Counted from the stretch's first letter, positions 28,234 through 37,475 are shown. The stretch is DNA of 54,977 bases from Desulfobacterales bacterium (GCA_023129535.1 JAGMBW010000071.1:1-54977), one strand, 5' to 3'. Numbers and translations: made by a program. The notes: generated by a model from the sequence alone, not told the origin.

Positions 28234-28373
28234 GGTTCAGCGGTTCAACGTTCAGAGGTTAAAACCGCGAACCATGAACCCTGAACCGTGAACGGTAGCA
28301 TGGGTATTGTGCTGTAAAGTGATAGATGTCAATAGATTATAACCTTTGAACGTTGAACCCTGAACCGTGAACC
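28234..28373. repeat. (GGTTCAN)n / (GAACCNT)n heptamer arrays in the divergent promoter region
   Basis: Read directly from the sequence. The same family recurs at 34750-34795. Confidence 0.75.
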
Positions 28374-28439
28374 AATCACTTTAGGTTAGAACATGAGTTC
28401 AAACATCCTATCTGACTCTGGGAGTTAGAGGAGATCACC

Positions 28440-30845
28440 ATGTCGGACATCGTTTTTCCTTTTGTTCAGGATTTTCTGGAAGAAAAGCGCGGGACACTCT
28501 ATGTGCTCAGTGATTCCCACGTTCGTCTGCGTGATCCTCTCGCCATTTTGTGTCTGTCTCGCTTTTTTGCCGCGCATAGTGTGGATTTGAGAATCGCAGG
28601 CGTTCTCGCAGAACACCGCCGATCATTCGATGAAACAGATATTCTGCACGCTCTTGAGGACGCGCCTGAGCTTCGAGCGGAAACACAAGACCTCTTCAAG
28701 AAAGGTTCACTTGAGAAGTGTGTGAAAGGACTCTTCAAGAATGCCGAAAAAGCACACAGACAAATGCTGAAACAGGGAAACCACTGCCCGCGACTCGAAC
28801 CGCGAGGCCCTGTTTTAGTCATTGGCCGTCCCCAACTTTATCCTAAGAGATTCCTGGACAAGGTTGCGAGTGAACTGCTCGAATGTGGCCATCGGCATGG
28901 AGTTGACGGGCGCTTTCGGTGCTTATCAGACGATCCAGATGATCCCCTCGAAGAGTTTCGTGCAATCACCGACAACTATTCAGGGATTACCATTCCGTGC
29001 GTACCGTTTTTCGAACACTCAAATTCAGAGGAATCTTACAGTGACTACGGCATCATCCGGATGCTGGCAGGCTCTTTCCGTCATCGAAGCTTTCTTTTCG
29101 TTTATGGAACCAGCACATTGGGTACTGTGGCTGCTGCGCAAGCGGTGATTGACCCGGATCAGAACCACGTTTTCAACCAATTAGGCGTCCCGTCCTTTTT
29201 CAACAAATACAGGTCGGTAGAAGTCCTGCTTCGCGCAGAACGCCGCTCTTCTTTCTTCGCGCCCTGGGTCAGCGAGTTTGAACCGAAGCAGATAAGACTC
29301 GTCGGCAGTCCTGTGGCGCCGGTTTCAAGCCAGGCAACGGAGTGGGTCAATAAGTTCACAACGGCAGAACCCGGTAAACCGATTGGCGATTTATATGAGC
29401 GCGTTGATCCGGATCCTCATGAACCAGTGACCAGATTCAAGATAGTCGGTCTTCATCCCTCGAAGGATAGGGTCTGGCATATGGTGGGTGGCAGCGAAAT
29501 AAAGGAAGTCTCCAGCTACCTTCAGGAGCCTGCCGAGACAGAGGAATGTAGAGCCATTCTTCTTGTCGGCCCCATAGGTGTGGGCAAAGAGCTGGTTGCG
29601 CGCATCCTTTTTGAAGAAAGAGTACGTCAACTGCTGCGCGAATTGGCGAGCAAGAAAGCAGAGGTGCCCGCCCCGGTTGTGGTCGGACCCCGTTACGTTG
29701 CCGTCAATTGCGCTGCTTTGGTGAGAGACCTGGCCGAATCGCAGCTTTTCGGCATCGCAGACCAATCTGCGACCAACGTTCGTGGGAGCTACGGCGCAAT
29801 CCTCGGGGCAGGAGAAGGTATTATTCTGCTCGATGAGCTTGAGAGCATGGCCATGGAGATGCAGGCCAAGCTCCTTCGCGCCATCCAACCACCCTACTCT
29901 GTCACACCGGTTCAAGCAATCGACCCGGTACCCTGTTCAGCCCTTTGCGTGGCAGCCACGAGCGAGGAACCTGACTTGCTCGTGTCAAAAGGACGGATGC
30001 GTGCGGACCTCTACTCAAGGTTCCGCTCCTGCATCGTCAGAATCCCCTCTCTGGCTCAGCGTCCGGGTGATATTCCTGCGCTCCTGGCTTACATCGCTGG
30101 TAAGCCGGTCCGCTTTGACGAACGTGTTCTACGGTGTTTGCTGGCAGACAGGCACCCCCACAATGTGCGAGGACTCTTCGGCATTATCGGCAGGGCTCGA
30201 CGACGCCAGCAACTTGAGAAAGCAACTGCCACTGGCCATGCTTTGACGATAGCACTGGAAGACCTTGACGAAGAGATTCGCAATGTATTCAATGACGTGT
30301 ATAAGGAGGTTCGCGAACAGCGCCCCAGGCCGGACACGCTCCAACTCTTCGAATTTGAGGTTGAGGACCCCCCTTTTTCTCCAACCGTGCAGGATCTGTT
30401 TGAAGAGGCAGCCCTGATTCTGTCTTTTGTCGGGGCCAACGACAAGGGCGAGGTATACGTTCGTGCTCCGGTAAAGGGGTACGAACACATCTGGTCGAAG
30501 CTGCAAAAAGAACAGGCAAAATCCAGGGCAAAGCGCAAGGGCTCGATTCCCGAGGATACGAAGGAATACGGCAGGCGGTGGTTCAATCTCGTGGAGCGCG
30601 GAGTTCGATCGCTTGAAGGTAAACAGCGTGATTATGCATTGAGAATCCTTGGTGAGATGTTCAGTCTGCGGTGTTCAGGACGCACCAGAAGAGGCAGCAA
30701 AATCACGGACGTCTTCGTGTGGGGCTATCGCAAAAACCGTGGTGTGGCCCAGAAAGAGTATGCCACGTCTTTGAACATGGCGGAGAACACATTCTCCGAG
30801 CGATTGGCGAACCTGAGAAATGAAAGGAAATCAAAATCTTCATAA
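28440..30845 (+). CDS. 801-aa bEBP-like AAA+ protein lacking GAFTGA, with an unassigned ~370-aa N-terminal domain
   Basis: GPIGVGKE Walker A, ILLDELE Walker B, RADLYSRF arginine-finger region and RPGDIPALL. The GAFTGA position reads FGIADQSATNVRGSYG. Confidence 0.8.
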   Translation: MSDIVFPFVQDFLEEKRGTLYVLSDSHVRLRDPLAILCLSRFFAAHSVDLRIAGVLAEHRRSFDETDILHALEDAPELRAETQDLFKKGSLEKCVKGLFKNAEKAHRQMLKQGNHCPRLEPRGPVLVIGRPQLYPKRFLDKVASELLECGHRHGVDGRFRCLSDDPDDPLEEFRAITDNYSGITIPCVPFFEHSNSEESYSDYGIIRMLAGSFRHRSFLFVYGTSTLGTVAAAQAVIDPDQNHVFNQLGVPSFFNKYRSVEVLLRAERRSSFFAPWVSEFEPKQIRLVGSPVAPVSSQATEWVNKFTTAEPGKPIGDLYERVDPDPHEPVTRFKIVGLHPSKDRVWHMVGGSEIKEVSSYLQEPAETEECRAILLVGPIGVGKELVARILFEERVRQLLRELASKKAEVPAPVVVGPRYVAVNCAALVRDLAESQLFGIADQSATNVRGSYGAILGAGEGIILLDELESMAMEMQAKLLRAIQPPYSVTPVQAIDPVPCSALCVAATSEEPDLLVSKGRMRADLYSRFRSCIVRIPSLAQRPGDIPALLAYIAGKPVRFDERVLRCLLADRHPHNVRGLFGIIGRARRRQQLEKATATGHALTIALEDLDEEIRNVFNDVYKEVREQRPRPDTLQLFEFEVEDPPFSPTVQDLFEEAALILSFVGANDKGEVYVRAPVKGYEHIWSKLQKEQAKSRAKRKGSIPEDTKEYGRRWFNLVERGVRSLEGKQRDYALRILGEMFSLRCSGRTRRGSKITDVFVWGYRKNRGVAQKEYATSLNMAENTFSERLANLRNERKSKSS

Positions 30846-30848
30846 ATT

Positions 30849-31031
30849 TCAGAGCCTTTGTCTCTCGGCAACATCGTCAAAAAAATCGATCACCCTGTCA
30901 TACTCCGAGTGATCTCTTGAGCAAACTACCCCCCTGATCCCGAACTCCTCGTACTTTTTCTTGAAATCCAGATACTTTTCTTCAGCCAAGAATTTCAGAG
31001 GAACCAGGTGAACCACCTTCTTCTTTTCCAT
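30849..31031 (-). CDS. Small hypothetical protein
   Basis: The ATG at 31031 begins MEKKKVVHLVPLKF. It is convergent with the AAA+ gene. No family recognised. Confidence 0.3.
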   Translation of the reverse strand: MEKKKVVHLVPLKFLAEEKYLDFKKKYEEFGIRGVVCSRDHSEYDRVIDFFDDVAERQRL

Positions 31032-31372
31032 CACGCCTTTCACGTTAGTTGCACGGGTTGGGTTAAATCCGCAATCCGAAATCCGCAATCCGAAATACTA
31101 CGAAATACCGTACCTTTTGATGCCCCTTTCCTGGACAGGCTGCAACTCCTCCCCCCACCTGGCTTAGAGCAACGATTCAGGGGTCAAAAATGCTGTTCTA
31201 AGGTCAAAAATGGACTCTTTTTTGACGCCTTCTTTCGGAATATCAACGCGTTAGCAAGGTCCGACCCCAAAGACTCAAAGACACAGTTATGTCTGGGAAT
31301 AACGGAGGGGTAATCAGAGAGGAAAAGGCCATTTTGGAAGAGCAGACGGTAGCGTCTTCGGAGAAGCTGGTA

Positions 31373-31714
31373 TCATTCTATTGCCAGGACAACAGCCAGT
31401 GCTTCGGTGATATCCTGCATAGCTGCTTCAGACAGTTTTCCTGTTCGCTGAACAAATCTTGCCTGCGATAACGAACGTACCTGAAAGGCGTCTGCCGCCG
31501 AAGGCTTATCCAAACCATTTTCCGCATCGGGGTCGAGCCGAACCATCCACGGTGCCACAGCATACCTATCTTTCCACTTGGTTATCGGCACGATAACCTT
31601 CAACGGCAAAATCCCAACGGCATCATCATTCACAATGACTGCGGGGCGTGTCTTCTTGATCTCAGCACCCATGGTTGGGTCCAAATTGATCCGCCAGACT
31701 TCGCCCCTATGCAT
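31373..31714 (-). CDS. mazF: MazF/PemK family toxin endoribonuclease
   Basis: MHRGEVWRINLDPTMGAEIKKTRPAVIVNDD...LKVIVPIT. Confidence 0.88.
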   Translation of the reverse strand: MHRGEVWRINLDPTMGAEIKKTRPAVIVNDDAVGILPLKVIVPITKWKDRYAVAPWMVRLDPDAENGLDKPSAADAFQVRSLSQARFVQRTGKLSEAAMQDITEALAVVLAIE

Positions 31715-31946
31715 GAAAAGCCTCACCGTCAAGAACTGTAAAGCTGGTCAGTTCATCATCTTTTTCATAATCTGGAAGTAAGGCCTCAGCAGCAGCAGCC
31801 AATTTTTGTTTTCTTTCTAGCTGAGTTAGTGGCTGTTCAATTTTTTGAAAATCTTCTTGAAGTTGATGTATAGCAGCTTCAATTATTTCCAGCCGCTCTC
31901 TGGCCGAAAGGTTCTTGAGCTCTTCCAAAATCGCTGTCTGTGCCAT
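31707..31946 (-). CDS. Antitoxin (addiction-module component) partner of MazF
   Basis: The ATG at 31946 is preceded by AAAGGAGG. It overlaps the mazF start by 8 nt. The product is a small acidic helical protein. Confidence 0.7.
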   Translation of the reverse strand: MAQTAILEELKNLSARERLEIIEAAIHQLQEDFQKIEQPLTQLERKQKLAAAAEALLPDYEKDDELTSFTVLDGEAFHA

Positions 31947-32145
31947 ACTGCCTCCTTTATCTCTTCTTTCTTCTTTCGGATCGGAACCGGAACAGTGTCG
32001 GTTCAAATCAACCCATAGAGTTTTGGATAACCAGCTTAATTTAAGTCGAAATGATATGCAACCTAAATCCGCCTTCAGCGGCTTGGAATCCGCAATCGGC
32101 AATCCAAAATCCTATAGCTATCCTCCTTTTCCCACATGGACGCTT

Positions 32146-32740
32146 CTATTTTAGACGTTTTGTGTCGCAGAATAAGCCATTGATTTCACCGTGCAGCCCC
32201 GGATGGGCGTGATTGGCTGCCGGAAAAAACATGGGGATTTGAGGATCTCGACAAAGATACAACTCCTGCCAATGCCTAAGCGAGGGAAGGCTGCTATCGG
32301 GTTTCACCCTCACTCCTCCTGAAAGTCCTCCCAAATTTCGCGAACATCCTCCAGCCACTCGCCAAGCTTTTTTGGGTGAGCTTATCCATTGGGACCCGAG
32401 TAACCCAGAATCCGGCACTCTCCAGCCTGTCGGCCATGACGGGGGCCTGGGAGGCGTTGACCGAGTGTATGAGGAACCGGCACATACTTCGGGACGTTCG
32501 GTAATCATGGGGGACGTTTGGGTAATTTCTCGGCAGCGGGCGCACCATATCTATCTCTTGTATCTCTTAGCCGGGTAAAGAAGGGGAATGTTCCTGAAAT
32601 TTTGACACTTGGGGCTATGATAGTCATTCGACCGGTTCCCGGTTTCGAGTTTCGTGTTGTACAGGAGAAAATGCGTTACATACATCACCTGATCGATTAT
32701 ACGATGGGCGTTATGCACGTTCTGCACGATGTCTCCCATG
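32146..32740 (-). pseudogene. Frameshifted remnant of an IS200-like/REP-associated tyrosine transposase (RAYT)
   Basis: Pieces in three minus-strand frames resemble RAYT blocks: YVTHFLLY (compare HxHLL), GNRSNDYHSPKCQNFRNI (compare NRRHxRxGHLFQxRY) and RFLIHSVNASQAPVMADRLESAGFW (compare RYIHLNPVRAGLV). This is a weak call made by eye. Confidence 0.35.
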
Positions 32741-32792
32741 ACATGCTTAGAGAATTTTTGGGTAAATAGCGGTGCAATAGCTTTGGACTTTT

Positions 32793-32960
32793 TTGGTCAG
32801 GATCATGAGGATAGCGGTATTTGGCGACATTCACGGGCACTGGTGCGATTTCAGGGATGCGGTCCTTGAGCTGCAATCGCAAGCGCCGTTGGATTTGGTG
32901 CTACAGTGCGGTGATGCACAGCCCATAAGAAATGAAGATGATCTGGGGTATATGCATCGT
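32793..32960 (+). pseudogene. N-terminal fragment of a metallophosphoesterase
   Basis: MRIAVFGDIHGHW...LVLQCGDA is a calcineurin-like start. The remainder is replaced by unrelated sequence, including an out-of-frame HTH remnant (LGMSLTHLARHLGISIPDVGCAVERGEAIA). Confidence 0.5.
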
Positions 32961-33092
32961 GTACAAAGAAGTATCGGGAACTGGGTATGTCGCTCACGCA
33001 TCTGGCCAGGCATCTGGGGATCAGCATTCCAGACGTGGGGTGTGCTGTTGAGAGGGGCGAGGCCATTGCACGAGACAATAATTATCAACTGG

Positions 33093-34016
33093 TTGATTAA
33101 CTTTCTTAATTTATTAAGGACGTCCCGCTTTACGTTTTCGATACGCTGGTTAGCCTTGGGCGTCTGGAGCTTGGCAGCGGGTTGCAATAGCCATCTGCCA
33201 TACACGGCTTCGGAAATTGCATCCTTCGAGGCCAGAGAGTTCGGCGTTGAACTGACGTATCAAACACGGGCCGGGAGGCAAAATGCTTTTTATGTCCCGC
33301 CGAAAGAGCGGCCCGAGCGTCCGCCCGAACGGTTGGTGATTATGTATCCGGGGATCCGCTCACTCGCCCTTGACTGGTTGGAGATGGTCGATCATGCCCC
33401 CGATCCGTTAACAGGATTCCTGCTAATTGATTACCCGGGCCGAGGAAAGTGCGAAGGTTTAATGCGCCCAAAACATCTCCCCGAGTTTTCTTTCGGAGCG
33501 ATTGAGGCCCTGGGGCTCCATTTGAATGTGCTGCAGGACGAATTGACGAAGCATTTATGCTTGCTGGGCCATTTTTTTGGTTGCGCCGCGGCCCTGCAGT
33601 TCGCGCCTCACGTTGACGTGGAGCGGATCGTGCTCATAGCCCCGTTCACCACTTTGCATCGAGCCGTTTACAAACTATACGGCCCACTGGCCTGGCTCAT
33701 GCCGGATCGAATGGACAATCGGAAACGGCTGAGAGAACTGCGCCAGCGGCCCCGGCGCCCGGCGCTTGTCATTATTCACGGCAGCGCTGACGACACAATT
33801 CCTGTCAAAATGGGTCGCGATTTGGCCGGGCTTTTTCCCGGTTGGATCGTCTACCACGAAATCGAGGGCGCCGATCACGCGGGAATTCTCAAAACTTCCG
33901 AGGCGCTCATTTTTGAGGCGCTTTTTTCCCAAACCCCCTCGCCGGCGTTGCCTCTTTCCCCGGTCACTGATACGGCATCCCCCACACGTATGCCAGATGG
34001 TGAGACCACATTTTGA
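33093..34016 (+). CDS. Alpha/beta-hydrolase fold lipoprotein candidate with an altered nucleophile motif (GHFFG); start uncertain
   Basis: A possible TTG start gives LINFLNLLRTSRFTFSIRWLALGVWSLAAGC, a lipobox-like signal. The hydrolase core has LLGHFFGCAAA, IIHGSADDTIP and ADH. Confidence 0.6.
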   Translation: MINFLNLLRTSRFTFSIRWLALGVWSLAAGCNSHLPYTASEIASFEAREFGVELTYQTRAGRQNAFYVPPKERPERPPERLVIMYPGIRSLALDWLEMVDHAPDPLTGFLLIDYPGRGKCEGLMRPKHLPEFSFGAIEALGLHLNVLQDELTKHLCLLGHFFGCAAALQFAPHVDVERIVLIAPFTTLHRAVYKLYGPLAWLMPDRMDNRKRLRELRQRPRRPALVIIHGSADDTIPVKMGRDLAGLFPGWIVYHEIEGADHAGILKTSEALIFEALFSQTPSPALPLSPVTDTASPTRMPDGETTF

Positions 34017-34217
34017 ATAAGACCATCTTTGCCCCAACGAAGTGCAAAGGATTATTCGTTGACAATAATTGGGTAATCTGGTCATTTACGAATATGACAT
34101 TGTCGTCGTTATTGACTGTTCTCCGATAACTCGACTATTTAACTACTCGACTAAAGTCGAAGGAATTTTCCGCCGTAGGCGGGTAGAAATTTCGAGACGT
34201 TAGAGGAGGCCAGCAAA

Positions 34218-34517
34218 ATGGATGATATCACCAAAACCGTAGGTGGTTTCCGAGCCGCTATCCAGGACCTTTTGGTCCCTGAGCTCAAAGCTATACAAAC
34301 AGAACTGAAACACCACACGGAAGAGTTCGCCAGGATTGATAAGCGATTCGAGGCTGTAGATAGACGTTTCGAGGCTGTAGATAGACGTTTCGAGGCTATG
34401 TTCCAATCCTTACGCCACATAGAAACAACCCAGAGCGAGATTTTGGAGAAGCTTGATGTCAAAGAAGAAGTGAGCCAGTATACTTCCAAGACCAATGCCT
34501 TTTCCCCTTCCACCTGA
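34218..34517 (+). CDS. Small coiled-coil protein, paralogue of 51912-52142
   Basis: AGGAGG Shine-Dalgarno site. MDDITKTVGGFRAAIQDLLVPELKAIQ is shared with the paralogue. It contains a 21-nt tandem repeat x3 encoding RFEAVDR. Confidence 0.7.
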   Translation: MDDITKTVGGFRAAIQDLLVPELKAIQTELKHHTEEFARIDKRFEAVDRRFEAVDRRFEAMFQSLRHIETTQSEILEKLDVKEEVSQYTSKTNAFSPST

Positions 34518-34803
34518 CCATCTTTCTTCTTCTGGCTTCTACCCACAGATATAGAAACTTCTTCCTTACTCTTGATGCAGTCCTCATCTGGATTGTTGGG
34601 TTGAGCGCAGGGTTGCGCCTGACGGCTTGAGAACATTACACTTCGTGTCGTTCCTCCCCGCCTGCCAGCGCCACGTACCGCATCGAGTTTACATGCTGGC
34701 ATCTCTGGCAATGGCGGGCAGGAACCCAACCTACTCCTGCGGCTCTCCAACCGTGAACCCTGAACCCGTGAACCGTGAACCCTTGAACCGTGAGCGGTTA
34801 CAT

Positions 34804-35049
34804 CTAATCTAACGTAACCTCCAGGATTCCGGTGTTATACATTTTCCCGATTATATTCCCACAAACGCGAGGCAATCTAACGTTTTTGTAATAGCTTCGC
34901 TTTCCCCGACTTGCAGATATGGTCAAAGTGTCTTCGTTTAGATCAAGCCTTATATCTTTTTCATTAAGACCGGGTAACTCAGCAATCACACGCATTTTCT
35001 TCTCTGCCTTAAATATATCCACGGCAATATCTCTTTCTTCTTTATCCAT
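34804..35049 (-). CDS. Short Hsp20/alpha-crystallin-domain protein
   Basis: VDIFKAEKKMRVIAELPGLNEKDIRLDLNEDTLTISA...GILEVTL. Confidence 0.65.
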   Translation of the reverse strand: MDKEERDIAVDIFKAEKKMRVIAELPGLNEKDIRLDLNEDTLTISASRGKRSYYKNVRLPRVCGNIIGKMYNTGILEVTLD

Positions 35050-35055
35050 TAGTCC

Positions 35056-35373
35056 TCAACCCAACCTACTCCTACTGGCTTTTGCCAGGGCCTTTTCCAA
35101 CTCATCCTCAATATCTCTGTCTATCTCCTCTGCAATCAGTGACAGCATAAAGGAGAGGTTCACCACAATCTTTATCCAATCATCGCCAATTTCGATGACA
35201 CCATTAAAGCCCCTTCCTTCAAAAGACATTTCACCGTGGTCATCACTCCACTCATAGGAAATCTCCTGACCGCTAAACCGCCTGGTCTCGATTTCAGAGA
35301 GCATGCCCTCAACGCTACCCCGCAGTTCCTCGAAATCCAGACGCGTCTCCTTTTCAATAACGATTTTAGCCAC
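35056..35373 (-). CDS. Small protein resembling the putative polyhydroxyalkanoate-system (PHA_gran_rgn) family
   Basis: The pattern W..D...F.G.GF.G.I.I....I.V...L....L resembles TIGR02610-type proteins. Assigned by eye only. Confidence 0.4.
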   Translation of the reverse strand: MAKIVIEKETRLDFEELRGSVEGMLSEIETRRFSGQEISYEWSDDHGEMSFEGRGFNGVIEIGDDWIKIVVNLSFMLSLIAEEIDRDIEDELEKALAKASRSRLG

Positions 35374-35386
35374 TGCAACTTTTTTA

Positions 35387-36073
35387 TTAATTAACCGGGG
35401 AGACCAGATATTTGGCTAATTCTTCAAATTCTTCCTTATTCTTTCTATAATGAAGCAGTAACCTTTGATAATCCCTTACTTTCTTCGTCTCTCTTACCTC
35501 AGTTACTTGAATATTCTTAGAAAGTTTTGGGATAATATTGTGATATGCTCCGATGAAGAGAATACCTGTTTCCCCATCATTTAGGGTTTCATCTATTTTT
35601 TTAGCTATATAAGTATCCCTTTTATTTAGTAACCTGTTCTTAGTAAATTTATACCATAAGTGCCCTATTAACTTCTTTGTGGTTGTCCTGGCCGTGGTAA
35701 TTTTAACGATGCGGTCTCTCTCCTCTTTAACCAGAGCAAAATCCTCTGTCTGAACTAAAATTGCGCCTTTCCTTAGTAAATCATCAATAATTTCATAGTT
35801 TTTACTCCCAGCCTTAACGGCTTCTTCAACTATCTTTTGGCCAACTTCTCCGCCAACTACCAGGCCATCCTGATATATCTTAACATTTTTAACCTCCAAA
35901 TCAGCAAAATATTTGACAATCGATTCCCAAAACCCGGAGATAGTTTCTCTGTGTCTCTTCCAGAACTCCTCTCCCAAACCTGCAATACCTCTTTTATCTA
36001 CCTGCTTGGCAATAGTACCTAAATCAGCGCTCATATGTATAATCGGCAGATAAATAAGTTTTTTCATACCCAT
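35387..36073 (-). CDS. Hypothetical protein (228 aa)
   Basis: Long ORF with coherent composition, co-oriented with its neighbours. No motif recognised. Confidence 0.55.
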   Translation of the reverse strand: MGMKKLIYLPIIHMSADLGTIAKQVDKRGIAGLGEEFWKRHRETISGFWESIVKYFADLEVKNVKIYQDGLVVGGEVGQKIVEEAVKAGSKNYEIIDDLLRKGAILVQTEDFALVKEERDRIVKITTARTTTKKLIGHLWYKFTKNRLLNKRDTYIAKKIDETLNDGETGILFIGAYHNIIPKLSKNIQVTEVRETKKVRDYQRLLLHYRKNKEEFEELAKYLVSPVN

Positions 36074-36402
36074 TTCCTTTTATCCTATCCAGCGAGGCTC
36101 AATCCATTTGGGTGGAGTTACTCTCATCTCCCGAGAAATGATAAATATTTCAGACAGGATTACTGGATTCACTTGATTTTATAAAAAAGAGTTAATGCAG
36201 ATCCTGTATATCATAAATTCGTAGGTACCGAACTATTATTCAAATCCAAAAAATAATTTTGATGAAGTGCTTTTCTAAAGTCTGATCGAATCGGCATGTA
36301 ATTATATATTTTTACAGGATTTGCGCTGTGTTGATTAACAGGAAATAAAAAATCTTGTTTATCCTGTTATCCTGTCTAAAAATATGATCCGTTTTACCTT
36401 CC

Positions 36403-37029
36403 TCACCTTTTTGTCATATTAGCCGTAATAATCTGGACTAATTCCATCAGTTTAAGTTTTTCTTGGTTTGGAATTTCCTGATCCTCCATCCAATCAATGG
36501 ATATCTTATCTTGCCCCAGAACAAATGCTTTAACTGCTACCTCCCAAAGGCAGGCCTTTTCCCCCTTACAATGACCAATTTTCACTAATTTTTTCTTCAA
36601 AACCGAAGCCTCTTTCAGCACCTCCTTATCTCCTCTTGCCTTTTGAAGGAGATTAGCGGAGGCGGGCGAGAGGACATCCTCTATAAGGGCCGTAATGTAA
36701 TTATTATCGAACGGCTTGGTGACATAATCATAAGCCCCCAATCTCATTGCCGCCCTGGCGGTTTTCATTGTCCCGTATCCCGTAATTATGATTACTTCTA
36801 TATTTTCATTTATTCTTTTAATCCGGCGCAAAACGTCGATTCCGCTCATATCGGGCAGCTTCAAGTCTAACATTACCAAATCCGGGCTTTTTTCAGCTAC
36901 AACCTCTAACGCCTTTTTGCCATTACTTGCTGTAAGGACCGTATATTGTTCCTTGCTTAATAACCTTTGAAAAACTGCAAGTATCATTTCCTCATCGTCT
37001 ACCACTAAAATAGTCTGTTTTCTTTTCAC
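36403..37029 (-). CDS. Response regulator (CheY-like receiver) with an unassigned ~85-aa C-terminal domain
   Basis: ILVVDDEE...DLVMLDLKLPDMSG...ITGYG...DYVTKPFD. Confidence 0.85.
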   Translation of the reverse strand: MKRKQTILVVDDEEMILAVFQRLLSKEQYTVLTASNGKKALEVVAEKSPDLVMLDLKLPDMSGIDVLRRIKRINENIEVIIITGYGTMKTARAAMRLGAYDYVTKPFDNNYITALIEDVLSPASANLLQKARGDKEVLKEASVLKKKLVKIGHCKGEKACLWEVAVKAFVLGQDKISIDWMEDQEIPNQEKLKLMELVQIITANMTKR

Positions 37030-37475
37030 TTTAAGTCTTCCTTTGCGTCCTTTGCGCCTTTGCGGTGAGGTGAAGGGTTACTCTTTTTCTTAGGAAGCGT
37101 TATTTCCAAAATGCCGTTTTTAAAATATTCCACTGTATTTGCAATATCCACATCTGCCGGCAGCTCAATCTCTTCTTTGAATTCCTGTTCCTCGTGTTTG
37201 GCAAAAATGATATACCTGTCAGGTTTTATATCGATGCTTACCTCGCCCCTTGAAAAACTACCCATGTCTATTATAATCTTCACCTCTTTCGCTTCTCTGA
37301 ACACGTCCACAAGAGGTTCTCTTATTTTCTTAAAAATAGGCTTGGTTTCATATATCCACTGTCGAGGTCTCCTGTAGACCTTTGGCTCAAACCGCCTCTC
37401 TTCCCGTCCCTTTCTAAGACTGCTAATTTTTCTATGCGCGCCTATACTTGTTATGGGTGGTATGCTCCTAATCAT
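37026..37475 (-). CDS. Hsp20/alpha-crystallin family protein
   Basis: VDVFREAKEVKIIIDMGSFSRGEVSIDIKPD...IELPADVD...FKNGILEITLPKK. The start and stop overlap both neighbours. Confidence 0.8.
   Translation of the reverse strand: MIRSIPPITSIGAHRKISSLRKGREERRFEPKVYRRPRQWIYETKPIFKKIREPLVDVFREAKEVKIIIDMGSFSRGEVSIDIKPDRYIIFAKHEEQEFKEEIELPADVDIANTVEYFKNGILEITLPKKKSNPSPHRKGAKDAKEDLK

Noticed and set aside
26207-32200. Search for attR, a direct repeat of the tRNA-Asp 3' end that would mark the right end of the integrative element.
   Set aside because: I found no convincing copy of GAGTCTCGTCGTCCCCGCCA or a long sub-string by eye. The boundary is left open rather than guessed.
32793-34016. A single 407-aa CDS as given in the ORF track.
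   Set aside because: The domain content is discontinuous: a phosphoesterase start, then unrelated filler, then a complete hydrolase. It is better read as a pseudogene fragment plus a separate hydrolase gene.
34151-34750. 199-aa minus-strand ORF overlapping the small plus-strand gene.
   Set aside because: The plus-strand gene has a strong AGGAGG Shine-Dalgarno site and a conserved paralogue. The minus-strand ORF has no Shine-Dalgarno site and a low-complexity translation.
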